64,000 nucleotides of DNA from Candidatus Micrarchaeia archaeon (GCA_041665945.1 JBAYHU010000001.1:31863-95862); one strand, 5' to 3'. Shown: positions 30,229 to 40,774, numbered from the stretch's first letter. A program made the numbers and translations. Notes: generated from the sequence alone by a model not told the origin.

Positions 30229-30693
30229 TCAGACGGCCTCGAATCTCCACGTGGGCTTCACGACTTTCAATATGACCTGCGTGTTGGTGTGCTCCACGTG
30301 CGCGAGGTTGAGGAAGGATTTAATCAGAAGCGAGAAGCTCTCGCGCGTTTTCGCGGCGATTATGGCGACTGAATCGTATTCGCCCGTCACGTCATAGACC
30401 GCCACCACGCCCTGCATGCGGCTTATCTTCTCCTGCGTCTCAAGCAGCTTTCCCTTCGCTATTTTCACCTGCACCACGCCCATGAAGTCGTAGCCCAGCT
30501 TATTCAAGTCAAGATTCGCCCCGTAGCCCAGTATCACGCCTGATTTTTCCATCTTGGCGACGCGGGTGATGAGCGTGGTCGGGTGTATCTTCAGCCCGCG
30601 CGCTATTTCGCGGAAAGAGCCGCGCGAATTGCGCCGAAGCGCGGCGAGTATTTCCTCGTCAGTCTTGTCCAACATTTGTCCATCTTTTTTCAT
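30229..30693 (-). CDS. Lrp/AsnC-family transcriptional regulator, divergent from glnA.
   Basis: HTH plus RAM domain. Start taken at MKKDGQ. Confidence 0.75.
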   Translation of the reverse strand: MKKDGQMLDKTDEEILAALRRNSRGSFREIARGLKIHPTTLITRVAKMEKSGVILGYGANLDLNKLGYDFMGVVQVKIAKGKLLETQEKISRMQGVVAVYDVTGEYDSVAIIAAKTRESFSLLIKSFLNLAHVEHTNTQVILKVVKPTWRFEAV

Positions 30694-30824
30694 GGCATGA
30701 ACCCCCAGACTGGACATTTGAACAATAATATTAAAAATGATTTGTTTATTTGGCTATGAAAATGCCGGAGAACCATATATATAACATAGCCAGCAGCAAA
30801 GGAATATCGTTTCGGGGGGATGTT

Positions 30825-32177
30825 ATGTTGGGAGACGTCACAAAAGAGGAAATAGACCGGATAATCACGGACGCGAACTCGAAGGGAGTGCAATTCGTGG
30901 ATTTGGAATTCGTCGACGTGACGGGGACTCCGAAGATGTGCGAGATAACCGCCAAGCGCCTGGAGGACGTGCTGACCGACGGGACGTGGTTCGACGGCTC
31001 GTCAATCGAGGGCTTCGCGCGCATCGCCGAGTCGGACATGTTCTTGGTGCCGGACACCCGCACGTGGGCGACGCTTCCGTGGACGGGCAACAAGACAGCA
31101 AGGATAATCTGCGACGTTTATGTGGACGAGAAAACGCCTTTTTCCGGCGACCCGAGGAACATCCTTGTGCGCCAGCTGGCGCGCGCGAAGAAGATGGGCT
31201 TCGAATACAAGGTGGGCCCGGAGCTTGAGTTCTTCCTTTTCAAGGGAATGAACGGAGGGGGCGACCCCGCGGACGCGCAGGTGCACGACAATGCCGGCTA
31301 CTTCGACTTGGCGACCCGGGACGAGGCAGTGGAGCTTCGGCAGGAAATAGTGCCCGCGCTTGAGCAGATGGGCATGACAATCGAGCGTTCGCACCACGAG
31401 GTGGCACAGGGGCAGCACGAAATCGGCTTCAAGTACGGCGACGCATTGCAGATTGCAGACTCCGTCCTCACATACAAGACGACCGTGAAAACTCTTTCGA
31501 AAAAATACGGGCTTTACGCCAGCTTCATGCCAAAGCCCGTTTTCGGGATAAACGGCTCGGGCATGCACGTGCACCAGTCGCTTTGGGACGGGAGCAAGAA
31601 CCTGTTTTACGACGGGAACAACGAATACTGGCTTTCGAAGACCGGGCTTTCCTTCATCGCGGGAATAATGGAGCACGCGCGCGCTCTTGCCGCGATTACC
31701 AACCCCACAGTGAATTCCTACAAGAGGCTGGTGCCGGGCTACGAGGCGCCGGTCTACATCTGCTGGGGCAGGATAAACCGCTCGGCGCTCATCAGGATTC
31801 CGAGGAACCTTGTGGGCAAGGAGAAAGGCACGAGGATTGAGTGCCGCTTCCCCGACCCGTCGTGCAACCCGTATCTCGCGTTCGCGGCAATGCTCGCGGC
31901 GGGATTGGACGGCGTGGAGAGGAAGCTTGAGCCATCCAAGCCGATTGAGGAGCGCGTGTACGGCTACGAAGAGGAGAAGCGCAAGAACCTCGGAATCGGG
32001 ACGCTGCCCGGCTCGCTGATTGAAGCCAGCAAGGAATTCGCCGCGGACAAGGTAATCTGCGAGGCAATGGGTCCGCATATCACCGAGCGCCTGCTGGCAA
32101 TCCAGCGGCGCGACTGGGACGGCTACAAGACGCAGGTCACCCCGTGGGAAAAGGAGAGGTATTTCGGAGTGCTGTGA
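30825..32177 (+). CDS. glnA: Glutamine synthetase type I.
   Basis: GS beta-grasp and catalytic domains (KPVFGINGSGMHVHQS, NPYL). Confidence 0.85.
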   Translation: MLGDVTKEEIDRIITDANSKGVQFVDLEFVDVTGTPKMCEITAKRLEDVLTDGTWFDGSSIEGFARIAESDMFLVPDTRTWATLPWTGNKTARIICDVYVDEKTPFSGDPRNILVRQLARAKKMGFEYKVGPELEFFLFKGMNGGGDPADAQVHDNAGYFDLATRDEAVELRQEIVPALEQMGMTIERSHHEVAQGQHEIGFKYGDALQIADSVLTYKTTVKTLSKKYGLYASFMPKPVFGINGSGMHVHQSLWDGSKNLFYDGNNEYWLSKTGLSFIAGIMEHARALAAITNPTVNSYKRLVPGYEAPVYICWGRINRSALIRIPRNLVGKEKGTRIECRFPDPSCNPYLAFAAMLAAGLDGVERKLEPSKPIEERVYGYEEEKRKNLGIGTLPGSLIEASKEFAADKVICEAMGPHITERLLAIQRRDWDGYKTQVTPWEKERYFGVL

Positions 32178-32281
32178 AGGCGGGCGGCGCGGGCGGAAGA
32201 AAACGCCCGCCGCCGGTTTCCGGCCGGCTTTTTCCGCCGGAATTCAGAAACCAATTAAAATGCGGCATGTGAAATGGTGCC

Positions 32282-33337
32282 ATGAAACGCATTGCTGTTT
32301 TGCTTGCCGCATTGATTCTTCTTTTCGGGTGCGCGATGCCCATCGAACCGGTCGGTAACGCCAGCATAAAGCCCATCCCGAAGCTCCCGTCGCTTTTTCC
32401 GGAGAAGAACGCGACCAATGTTTCATCCGCCAAGCCGCTCAACGGGACGAACGGCAGCGGCACGGGCACGGACCATCCGCTTGAGCCGTCAATCGTGCCG
32501 CGCAACATATCCGACAGGATTGACGAGGGGCAGTTCGATTTGCCCGACCCGTCCGACTCCCCGCTCCTGCTGTACGCGATAAGCGCGGGGAATGCGGACG
32601 CGATACTCGTAAAGAAGGGCGAGTTCCACATGCTTATCGACAACGGGAACGCCGGGCTCGTGGATGCGAAGCTCAAGAACATGAGTATAAACCGGCTGGA
32701 TGTTGTTGTTGCGACAAAGGACAGCGCGGACGCCTTCTCGGGCATTTCGCAGTCGCTTGACGATTTTGCGGTGGGCGAGCTTTGGGACAACGGGAATGCC
32801 ATCGTGTCCGGCGAATACGCCGCAATGCGCGAAAAGGCGCGGGCGATGGGCGTGGTGATAAAGCACCCGAGGGCAGGGGACCACATGGAAATCGGCGGGC
32901 TGCGCGTGTACGTGCTCAACCCGCAGGGAGGGAAGCAGAATTCGAACCCTGACAACGACGCCATAGTCCTGAAGGTCCAGAACAAGGAATTCTGCATCAT
33001 GCTCCTCAACCCGATTGTGCAGGACTGGGAGAACGCGATAATAACCGCCGCCGGCAACGAGAGCATCAAATGCGGCGTGATGACGTACTTCAAGCACGGG
33101 GAGGGGCGCCCCGTCCCGCCGATTGCACCCGAGAAGATAGGACCGAAGGACGCCATCATTTCGGTCGGCAGCAACACCGACGGGCTGCCGTCCCCCACTA
33201 CGCTGGCCCGCCTGTCGCTGGCAGGCATTCGCGTGTGGAGGACCGACACGAACGGGACGATACAGGTCGCAAACTACGGGAGCCCGTCATACGAAGTAAT
33301 ACCGGAAATAGTGCAGAAAGAGACCGATAAAAGATAG
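32282..33337 (+). CDS. Secreted lipoprotein with a metallo-beta-lactamase-fold (ComEC C-terminal-like) domain.
   Basis: Lipobox LLFGC. N/S/T-rich linker with many N-x-S/T sequons. MBL-like core (DAILVKKGEFHMLIDNGN). Confidence 0.5.
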   Translation: MKRIAVLLAALILLFGCAMPIEPVGNASIKPIPKLPSLFPEKNATNVSSAKPLNGTNGSGTGTDHPLEPSIVPRNISDRIDEGQFDLPDPSDSPLLLYAISAGNADAILVKKGEFHMLIDNGNAGLVDAKLKNMSINRLDVVVATKDSADAFSGISQSLDDFAVGELWDNGNAIVSGEYAAMREKARAMGVVIKHPRAGDHMEIGGLRVYVLNPQGGKQNSNPDNDAIVLKVQNKEFCIMLLNPIVQDWENAIITAAGNESIKCGVMTYFKHGEGRPVPPIAPEKIGPKDAIISVGSNTDGLPSPTTLARLSLAGIRVWRTDTNGTIQVANYGSPSYEVIPEIVQKETDKR

Positions 33338-33383
33338 CTGCTTCCTTTTTTCGCGCTGCCGGTTAAGCCGCACAGAATGGGAT

Positions 33384-36300
33384 TTACTGCGGCACTTTCT
33401 TCGCCTTTGCCACCATTGCCGAGGAAGTAAGCTGCACGCCCACTATCTTTGAGCCGTCGTCCGTGCGCGTGACGCCAAGCGCGATGTCCGCGCTTGAAAG
33501 CACGGTGTCGTTGTGCGTGACCACGATGAACTGTGTCTTGCTCGAAAGCTGCTTTATCAGGTCCGCGAGCTTCTTGGAGTTTTCCTTGTCCAATGCCGCA
33601 TCAGCCTCGTCAAGTATGTAGAAAGGCGCAGCCTTGTACATCTGTATGGAGAAGATGAATATCAGCGCAAGCAGGGATTTTTCGCCTCCTGACATGGAGT
33701 CGAGGTACTTGTCGCGCCCGTTCTCCTCGCGCACCTTGACCAGCAAGCCGGACTCGAAGGGATTGGACGGCTGCTCAAGCAGGAGCGTTCCCTCGCCTTT
33801 CAGAACGTAGCCGAACAGGCGCTTGAAGTTGTCGTTCACCGACGAGAAGGTGGAGAGGAAGATAGCGCGCTTCTTGCCCTCAATCTCGTCCATCATGTAG
33901 AATACCGCCTTCTTTTCCGAGTCAAGCGAAGCGACGCGCCCCTTGATTTCGTCAATGTCGCGTTTCTTCTGCTCGTAAATCTCGGGCGCGCGCAAGTTGG
34001 GGTTGGGGATGGAATCCATCGCCGCGCGACTCTTGTTCTGCAGGTCCTCAAGTTCGGCTTTCGTGGCGTCTATTGTCGGGACGCCGGCGTACTGCTCGAG
34101 CGCGGCTTTCAGGTCGGCAAGCCTCTGCTCCGCGACTTCGCGGCGGGACTGCAGTTCCATCTGCTCGCGCGCCTTGCGGTCGTCCTCAGCCTTCAATTTG
34201 CCAAGCTGCCCCGCGACTTCAGTTATCTGCCCTTCAAGTTCGCGGAGCTTGTCGAGAAGTTTTTGCGACGCGGAACTTATTTCCGCGAGCTTCTTTTCCT
34301 TCTCCGCCTGCTGGACCGAACATTCCTCGATTTCCTTTTTGAGCGCGGATATTTCCTTCCTGCACTCGGACACCCTGCCCTCGCCCGCCGCAGCCTCGGC
34401 TTCCTTTTCGGAAAGCTCGCCTGCAAGGCGGGTAAGGTCGAAGTTCTTGGACTGCAATTGCGCCTCAAGCGAGGAGCGGCGGGATGAGAGCTCGCGCAGC
34501 TTCTTTTGCGACTCCTCGCCTGCCGCGCGCGCCTTCTCGTTCTCCGCCGCCTGCTTTTTCTTGAGCGATTCGTATTCGGAAACTGCGGAAGTTATCTGCG
34601 CCACAAGGGATTCCTGCTCCTTGCGGGACGAGGTTATTTCCTTGCCGATTGAAAGCATGTGCTCCTCGATTTCCCTGAGCGCCTCCTGCGCCTTTTTCGC
34701 GCCCTCCATCCTGTCCTTGTAGGCGTTGGACTCGATTTCAATCGCCTTGAGCTTGACTTCCACGCCCGCTTTTTCCTTCCTGCGCGCGGACATGTCCTCG
34801 CGGATTGAGTAGATTTGCGAAAGAAGCGTGTCGCGGTCGTTTTTCACCGCGTTCGCTTCGGACTCGACCTTCTCCAGGCTCGCGCGGGAAAGGAGCGAGC
34901 CTCGCTGCGCGCCGCCGGAAACTATTCCCGAGCGCTCGATAAGCTCGCCGTCAAGCGTAATCATGCGCACCTTGCCTATGCCCGCCTTCTTCGCGCTCTG
35001 CGCATTCTCGAACAGGAGCGTATCGGAGAAAACGTATTCCATTGCCGTGAGGTAGGCGTTTGAGAATTCCACGAAATCAAGAAGCGGGCCCATGCAGCCG
35101 TCCGTCACGTCCCAGTGCGGGCGTTCCGGCGATTTGACCGTATCAAGCGGGATGAACGTGCACCTGCCGGATTTCTGCGCTTTGAGCTTTTCAATGACCT
35201 TGAGGGCAGTGTTCATGCTGTCAACGACGACGTAGTTGAGCCTCTGCCCTGCCGCCGCCTCGACAGCGACGCTTGCTTTCGGCTCGCAGGAGATAAGCGA
35301 GGAGACTGCGCCGTAAATCCCCTTCATGCCGCCGGCTTTCAGTTCGTCGACCACGCGAAGCGCGAGGCTGGTTGCCGACGGGGAAAGCGTGGCGCGGAGA
35401 GTCGCCGCCTTGTCCTTGAGCGAGAACATCCTCTTTTCAAGCTCGGGTATTGCGCGGTTGATTTCCTTTTCGCGCTCGAAGAGTTCCGCGAGGGCGCTTT
35501 CGTGGACAAGAAGCTCCTTTTGAAGCGTGGAACGCTCGCCTGTGAGCTTTTCCTCCTTGGACGAGCCAAGCGTGGATGCGAGCCGCTCCTTTTCCTCGCG
35601 GCGCATCTGCAGCATTTTCTCGGCGTTCTGCGCCGCGGCATCGAGGGCCGCCTTGCGCTCCTTGAGGGAGATTATTTTCTGCGAGGAGAATTCCAGCTTG
35701 TCCGAAAGCTCGGCAGCCGCGCCTGGGCTTGCGCCGGTTTTCTTTTCAAGCTCGGCAATCTGCCTTGCAAGCGCGCGCTCCTCGCCTTCGATGGAACTTA
35801 TGGACTCGGAAACTTCCTTCTGCGATTTTCTCAGCGCTTCAAGCTGGGAGACGAATGATTTTTTGGATTTCTCGACCTGCTCAAGCTCGCGGGACCGCTC
35901 GGACATGGTCGCCTTGCCCGAGCCGATTTTCACTTTCAGCTCCTCGATTTCCTTCATGGCGTTCTCGCGGCTGGCCGAGGAGCCCATTTTCGCGACGACC
36001 TGCGCTTTTTGGGCGTTGAGTTCCGCTATGCGGGCGTTGAGGACGCCGACCTGTTTTGTAAGCTCCTCCTTTTCTTCAGTGATTGCGACATGCTTCTGGA
36101 CCAGGTCTGTGTGGGACTTGTTGAGGCGGGTGAATTCCGCGGTTGTGAGGGACGCCTGTGCGCGGTTGAAGTTCTCCTTTGCGGAGATGTAGGACAGCGC
36201 GTCGTTCTTTTCCTTTTCAAGCTCGGTGAGGTGCGCCTCGCGCTCGCCCAAAACGATTGTCGCCTCGGTGATTTTCTGCTCGACTTTGGCAAGCTCGCGC

Positions 36301-36791
36301 AATGCCTCCTCCTTCTTCGCGTCGAACTCGGAGATTCCCGCGACCTGGTCGATTATGCCCCTGCGCTCCTTGGCGCTCATCTCCACGATTTTCTGGACCT
36401 GCCCCTGCGCGATTATGTTGTGCCCGCCGGCTTCAAGCCCGTACTGGCGCATCTCTTCCATCACGAGGGTGCGCGTGGAGCGCTTGCCGTTTATCCTGTA
36501 AAGCGTCTTGCCTTCGGAGTTGATGGCGCGCTTGATTTCGTATTGTTTTTCGCCGTCGATGAAAAGAGTGACTTCCGCGTATTTGCAGGAGGTGTTGACA
36601 AGTTCGGCGACGCGGCGGGCGCGAAGCGCCTTTAATGAGCCTTCACCCAATGCGAAGCGGATGCCGTCGGTGACATTGCTTTTCCCCGAGCCGTTGGGGC
36701 CTGCTAAGCAGACGTAGCCGTTCTGGAAATTCGCCTCCGCCTTGCGGAAGGATTTGAAGCCCCTGAATTTCAAGCCCTTTATGTAAAGCAT
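33384..36791 (-). CDS. smc: Chromosome segregation protein SMC.
   Basis: Walker A GPNGSGKSN, long coiled coils, hinge and C-terminal signature/Walker B (LDEADAALD). Confidence 0.9.
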   Translation of the reverse strand: MLYIKGLKFRGFKSFRKAEANFQNGYVCLAGPNGSGKSNVTDGIRFALGEGSLKALRARRVAELVNTSCKYAEVTLFIDGEKQYEIKRAINSEGKTLYRINGKRSTRTLVMEEMRQYGLEAGGHNIIAQGQVQKIVEMSAKERRGIIDQVAGISEFDAKKEEALRELAKVEQKITEATIVLGEREAHLTELEKEKNDALSYISAKENFNRAQASLTTAEFTRLNKSHTDLVQKHVAITEEKEELTKQVGVLNARIAELNAQKAQVVAKMGSSASRENAMKEIEELKVKIGSGKATMSERSRELEQVEKSKKSFVSQLEALRKSQKEVSESISSIEGEERALARQIAELEKKTGASPGAAAELSDKLEFSSQKIISLKERKAALDAAAQNAEKMLQMRREEKERLASTLGSSKEEKLTGERSTLQKELLVHESALAELFEREKEINRAIPELEKRMFSLKDKAATLRATLSPSATSLALRVVDELKAGGMKGIYGAVSSLISCEPKASVAVEAAAGQRLNYVVVDSMNTALKVIEKLKAQKSGRCTFIPLDTVKSPERPHWDVTDGCMGPLLDFVEFSNAYLTAMEYVFSDTLLFENAQSAKKAGIGKVRMITLDGELIERSGIVSGGAQRGSLLSRASLEKVESEANAVKNDRDTLLSQIYSIREDMSARRKEKAGVEVKLKAIEIESNAYKDRMEGAKKAQEALREIEEHMLSIGKEITSSRKEQESLVAQITSAVSEYESLKKKQAAENEKARAAGEESQKKLRELSSRRSSLEAQLQSKNFDLTRLAGELSEKEAEAAAGEGRVSECRKEISALKKEIEECSVQQAEKEKKLAEISSASQKLLDKLRELEGQITEVAGQLGKLKAEDDRKAREQMELQSRREVAEQRLADLKAALEQYAGVPTIDATKAELEDLQNKSRAAMDSIPNPNLRAPEIYEQKKRDIDEIKGRVASLDSEKKAVFYMMDEIEGKKRAIFLSTFSSVNDNFKRLFGYVLKGEGTLLLEQPSNPFESGLLVKVREENGRDKYLDSMSGGEKSLLALIFIFSIQMYKAAPFYILDEADAALDKENSKKLADLIKQLSSKTQFIVVTHNDTVLSSADIALGVTRTDDGSKIVGVQLTSSAMVAKAKKVPQ

Positions 36792-36938
36792 CGCGCCCCT
36801 TCCTTTTGTCCCTGTTAATTGTCGAGCGGAAATTCCTGAATTTCCACTTCCGGAAAACTTCTGCTGAACTTTTCCGTCGCCTTGGGCAAAAGTACGGCGG
36901 CAATTTTTAAAAGACTTCGCAGGGGCGAAAAGAAGCTT

Positions 36939-37511
36939 TTACTGCCTGCGCTCGACCGTTGAGGAAATCCTGCCTGTCGTCACATAGGGGCCGGTGCAGT
37001 CCGCCGGCACTTTGCAGTTGTAATAAGTGAGCTTGACAAAGACCGTCTTGAAGTCCCGCTCCGAGGGCTGGCTTGAGCCGGTGACGTTGTATGAGAATGC
37101 CGCCGATTGACCCGACGCCAGATTTACCGGGCTTAGTGGGCCTTCGAAAACCGTCACGCCAGAGCCGCCCCAGCCGCTTGCCGAGTAGGACAGGTTCGTG
37201 ATATTTATCGGGAAGCCAAGCCCGTTTGAGATGTTGAACGCGATTACCGTCTGCAGGTCGCCTGTCGAGGGGTTGTTTTCCTTGTAGATGATGAACGAGG
37301 AGCAGGGGATGTCGGGCTGGAAGACGCACTCCTGCGAGGAGAAATTGTTCACCGAGAATGCGCCCGAGCCGATAAGAAGCGCGATTACGAAGAAAAGCGC
37401 GAGAAGTGCCCAGCCGTAGGTGACGAGGTATTCCATCGCAGCCTGCCCGCGCAGGCTGCGAGCAGTCGACGAAGTCGACTCAATCGCCGCTTGACTGTGT
37501 GCATTTCGCAT
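36939..37511 (-). CDS. Archaeal type IV pilin-like protein (class III signal peptide).
   Basis: RGQAAMEYLVTYGWALLALFFVIALL resembles a prepilin-peptidase site plus hydrophobic helix. The leader is unusually long if the ATG at 37511 is used. Confidence 0.5.
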   Translation of the reverse strand: MRNAHSQAAIESTSSTARSLRGQAAMEYLVTYGWALLALFFVIALLIGSGAFSVNNFSSQECVFQPDIPCSSFIIYKENNPSTGDLQTVIAFNISNGLGFPINITNLSYSASGWGGSGVTVFEGPLSPVNLASGQSAAFSYNVTGSSQPSERDFKTVFVKLTYYNCKVPADCTGPYVTTGRISSTVERRQ

Positions 37512-37542
37512 GAAACAATTACCCCGTTTGAATATTTAAGCC

Positions 37543-37869
37543 TCACTCTTTTTCCGGCTCGCCCTTCTTGCCGCACGCTTTTTTCAGGGTGATGAAGTGC
37601 GTGTCAGCCATGCCGAAGTGGAAGTAGTGCTTCTGCCCGGACTGGTCGTAGATGTCCATTTCCACGCCGATTTTGCCAAGCGGCAGGTCGCGGGACTTCT
37701 CAAGCATTGTTATGTAGCGGAATGGCACCTTGATTGTGTTGCCGTCCATGCGGACAATCACGCCGTCCTCGCAGAGGATTATGTCGCCGGACATGTCCAT
37801 GCCGTTTGCATAAACCGGAATCTTGCCCTTTATTTCGCCAAGTATTTCGTCAACGGGCTTTGATGCCAT
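37543..37869 (-). CDS. Small hypothetical protein.
   Basis: ORF only. Confidence 0.3.
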   Translation of the reverse strand: MASKPVDEILGEIKGKIPVYANGMDMSGDIILCEDGVIVRMDGNTIKVPFRYITMLEKSRDLPLGKIGVEMDIYDQSGQKHYFHFGMADTHFITLKKACGKKGEPEKE

Positions 37870-38010
37870 GAATATCACCCTTCTGGTTGAATTCGGGAAA
37901 TAAGCTTAAAAAACACCGATTTTAGGGGCTGATGCCACGCCTGAGGGGCGGTTCGGCGGGTTTCAGAGGGCTGAATCGGCTGCAGGGGGCGGTTTTGCCT
38001 GCCTGAGGTG

Positions 38011-38970
38011 CTATTCCACCGCTTTTGCAAGCGTTGTTTGCACTTCCCGTCCAGAGTCGTGCTTCGGGACAGCCGCAATTCCGAGCTTGCAGAAGTAGCT
38101 TGCAGCCTCCTCCTCACTCGCATTGGCGCAGATTACCTTTTTCGCGCCGGATTCATAGACATAGCGCATTGTTTGCTTGAAGTCCGCGTGGTCGGAAAGC
38201 GGGAACGCGGCATCCACCGGGAATCTGCTGATTGCCGCCCAGCCCGTTGCAACCGCGGTTTTCACCTCGTGCCCGAATGCTTCGGAAAGCTTGGAGCCGA
38301 AGCCGAAATTCACCATGTTTGAGGGCATTATCGCAACGAACGGGGAGCGCATCTGCTCCTCCGCCTCGTCCGTTCCTGCGGAGATGTAGTCAAGGGAGAG
38401 CCCGCATTTTTCGTAATAGGAGCAGATTTTCGCCGCTGGCTGGCTTACGACCGGGGCTACGCCGCATTCGACGTTTAAAAAGCGCACAAGCTCCTGCGTC
38501 TTGCCCTTCACATACGCGCCGAATACGATTATCGAGCGGTCGTTCTCGGAGACGAATTTGCTCATTTTTTCAAGGACAGCGCCGCGGGCTGGAAGATTGA
38601 GGTGCGGAAGCGCGTAGGTGGTGTCAATCATGAGCGTGTCGCACTGCTCAATTTTCGCCGCAGGCGAGGTATAGGAGTCGTGCAGGGCGAAGTCGCCGGT
38701 GTAGACGAACTTCCCGCCGTCGGTTTCCGCAATCAGCTGGCGCGCCCCGAGCATGTGCCCTGCGGGCGTGAGTTTTACCGAGGGGAAAGAGAGGGATTCG
38801 GGCTCCTTGCCCATTATGATGAATGTTTCGTCCGATGCCATGATTTTGCGGCGCTTGGAGAATGCCGCCGTGTGGTCGGAATGCGCGTGGGAGACGAAGC
38901 AAGTTTCGCTGCCCGCGTCGTCAAGCGCGAGGCGCACGCCGTCTATGTGAAGGGCATCTGAATGGAACAT
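38011..38970 (-). CDS. Metallo-beta-lactamase / beta-CASP family nuclease (small form).
   Basis: SHAHSDH, GHMLGA, TGDF, DTTYALP and SDHADF motifs. Confidence 0.65.
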   Translation of the reverse strand: MFHSDALHIDGVRLALDDAGSETCFVSHAHSDHTAAFSKRRKIMASDETFIIMGKEPESLSFPSVKLTPAGHMLGARQLIAETDGGKFVYTGDFALHDSYTSPAAKIEQCDTLMIDTTYALPHLNLPARGAVLEKMSKFVSENDRSIIVFGAYVKGKTQELVRFLNVECGVAPVVSQPAAKICSYYEKCGLSLDYISAGTDEAEEQMRSPFVAIMPSNMVNFGFGSKLSEAFGHEVKTAVATGWAAISRFPVDAAFPLSDHADFKQTMRYVYESGAKKVICANASEEEAASYFCKLGIAAVPKHDSGREVQTTLAKAVE

Positions 38971-39012
38971 CTGATCGCAGAAGAGGAACGGATGGAAAAA
39001 ATATAAGGGTAG

Positions 39013-39474
39013 TTATTCGCGCACAATCTGCCCGTTTTTCTTCCCGGACAATTCGGTTGCGATGTCGCGGATGCTGCGCAGACTGCTGTCGAGATTGTCG
39101 AACGGGTCGGTTTTCCTGTAGCGAAGCGAGCGGATTGCGCTTGAGGAGAGTATCTTTGAAAAGCCGTCCAGCATGCGCGAATTCTCGGTTTGAAGCTTCG
39201 CCTTTTCGGCGGAAAGCTCCTTGATGTCCTCGCTTGCGGTGAACATCTTCCAGCGGTAAAAGTCGCGCATCGCCCCGTTGCGGGTGGCGAATGGATGGAG
39301 GAGGCGGATTTTGAATGCCTTCAGGCGGGTTATCGAAGGGTCGGAGTATGCGAGGCGCGTCGCATTCCCATCGAGGAACTTCGGAAACTTAACTGCCATC
39401 CAATCAACCGCAGTGCTGGGGCTGGAAGTGCTTAAAAAAGAATGGTTGTGGAGTTGCACTTGCAGCCCGCACAA
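39013..39474 (-). CDS. Hypothetical protein.
   Basis: ORF only. Confidence 0.3.
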   Translation of the reverse strand: MCGLQVQLHNHSFLSTSSPSTAVDWMAVKFPKFLDGNATRLAYSDPSITRLKAFKIRLLHPFATRNGAMRDFYRWKMFTASEDIKELSAEKAKLQTENSRMLDGFSKILSSSAIRSLRYRKTDPFDNLDSSLRSIRDIATELSGKKNGQIVRE

Positions 39475-39486
39475 CAGGTGGGAGGT

Positions 39487-39981
39487 TTAGTCGTCGTCCG
39501 AGCGGTGCGAGGTAAGCTCCTTTTCGAGCTTGTCAAGCTGCCTGCTCACCCGCTCCATGGTCTGGCGGATGGATGCAACCTCGAACTTGATGCTCTGGAG
39601 ATAGACCTTGTCGAACACGACTGTGGGGCGCTGAAGCGCGACTTCCGTGATGGGCGCAGCCTCGATTACTTCCTCCTTTATCATGTTCACGCTGTCCTCG
39701 ACCTTCCGGGAAACAGGGTGGACTTCCGGCTCGCGGACAGGCTTTGCCGCTTCCTTCTCGTGCTTTGCGGGCTTTGCCTTGGGTGCTGCCTTTGCAGATT
39801 TCTTCATGTAGGAGCGCGCTGCCTTTATCCACTTCTTGACGTTGGAGAATGACGCCGACTTGTTCGTGCCGGTTGACTTGAACACCGCCTCGCGTATTTC
39901 AGAGAGCTGTTCCTGCTTTATCGGCTGCCCGTCGAACTTGTGCAGTTTGGAAGCTACCACTTTGATTATTTTTTCGTCCAT
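39487..39981 (-). CDS. Hypothetical Lys/Ala-rich coiled-coil protein.
   Basis: ORF only. Confidence 0.35.
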   Translation of the reverse strand: MDEKIIKVVASKLHKFDGQPIKQEQLSEIREAVFKSTGTNKSASFSNVKKWIKAARSYMKKSAKAAPKAKPAKHEKEAAKPVREPEVHPVSRKVEDSVNMIKEEVIEAAPITEVALQRPTVVFDKVYLQSIKFEVASIRQTMERVSRQLDKLEKELTSHRSDDD

Positions 39982-40094
39982 ATTATCACCATATAATTCC
40001 GCAAAACTAGCATAGCGGGCAAATTTATGGCGTTCTTCCTTATATTAGTGAGCGTTATTTGTCGTAAATAGTGTTGCTGGCTGTTGGAATTTAG

Positions 40095-40760
40095 CTATTC
40101 CTTGTCCTCGTTTTCCTTGTAGCGGCTGGAAATCGCGTGTCGGAGTTCCTTTGCCCGCTTATCGCCTATCTTCCCGACCTCCTGAAGCTCGGATTCCGGC
40201 GCAGTCATCACGTTTTCCACTGTCTGGAAGTATTTGAGAAGCTCACGGGCGAGTTTCGGGCCCACGTTGGGCAGGGATTCGACAATTCCCCGCTGCTGCT
40301 CGGCGAGATTCCGCGCCTTTCGCTTGGCATATACTGAAAGCGGCTGGTTTTTCGCCACCTGCTCGTGGCGAGCGAGCGCAAGGAGCATTTCCGCCGTGCC
40401 TGCCGGGGAGCGGGTGAAGAAAATCGCGCATCCGAAGTCGGAAATTATCGAGGAGTAGGCGCCAAGGAGCGCGGCGCGGTTGATGCGGGTTTCATAGTCA
40501 GAATCGCCCTCCACTATGAGGACTATGCGCGGCATTGCCTGCGCAAGGTCTGGCAGCTGAGAAAAGAGCCTGTTGTCCATTATTGAGGACTCGAAGTCGG
40601 AGCGCGTCTTTCTTTCCACAAGCAGGCGGTCGGAGAGCTGGTAGTCGCCTATCTCAAGCTGGCGAAGCTCAATTTCCGCGCCCATGCCCTCGAGGCAGTC
40701 GCACACCGATTCCGGCTCGCGGTTGTCGGCGATGATTCTCGGTTTTTTCGTTTCAGGCAT
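40095..40760 (-). CDS. Short XPF/ERCC4-family endonuclease (nuclease domain plus HhH2).
   Basis: ERCC4 motifs (DNREP, GDYQLSDRLLVERKTRSD) and a C-terminal helix-hairpin-helix pair. Confidence 0.65.
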   Translation of the reverse strand: MPETKKPRIIADNREPESVCDCLEGMGAEIELRQLEIGDYQLSDRLLVERKTRSDFESSIMDNRLFSQLPDLAQAMPRIVLIVEGDSDYETRINRAALLGAYSSIISDFGCAIFFTRSPAGTAEMLLALARHEQVAKNQPLSVYAKRKARNLAEQQRGIVESLPNVGPKLARELLKYFQTVENVMTAPESELQEVGKIGDKRAKELRHAISSRYKENEDKE

Positions 40761-40774
40761 GTGAACACTTTTCC

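Noticed and set aside
33997-36635. Multiple 200-250-aa ORFs antisense to or out of frame within smc (for example 33997-34722, 35115-35858, 36009-36635), and similar GC-driven ORFs antisense to ppsA, nrdJ, aroA-aroC and glnA.
   Set aside because: They are typical high-GC shadow ORFs with low-complexity, Arg/Ala-rich translations, fully embedded in confidently identified genes.
37880-38010. Possible box C/D sRNA (gctgatgc ... ctga ... ctgaa ... ctga) in the intergenic region upstream of the beta-CASP gene.
   Set aside because: The C-box deviates from RUGAUGA, the spacing between boxes is wrong for guide regions, and no terminal stem is present. It is more likely just a GC-rich promoter region with short repeats.
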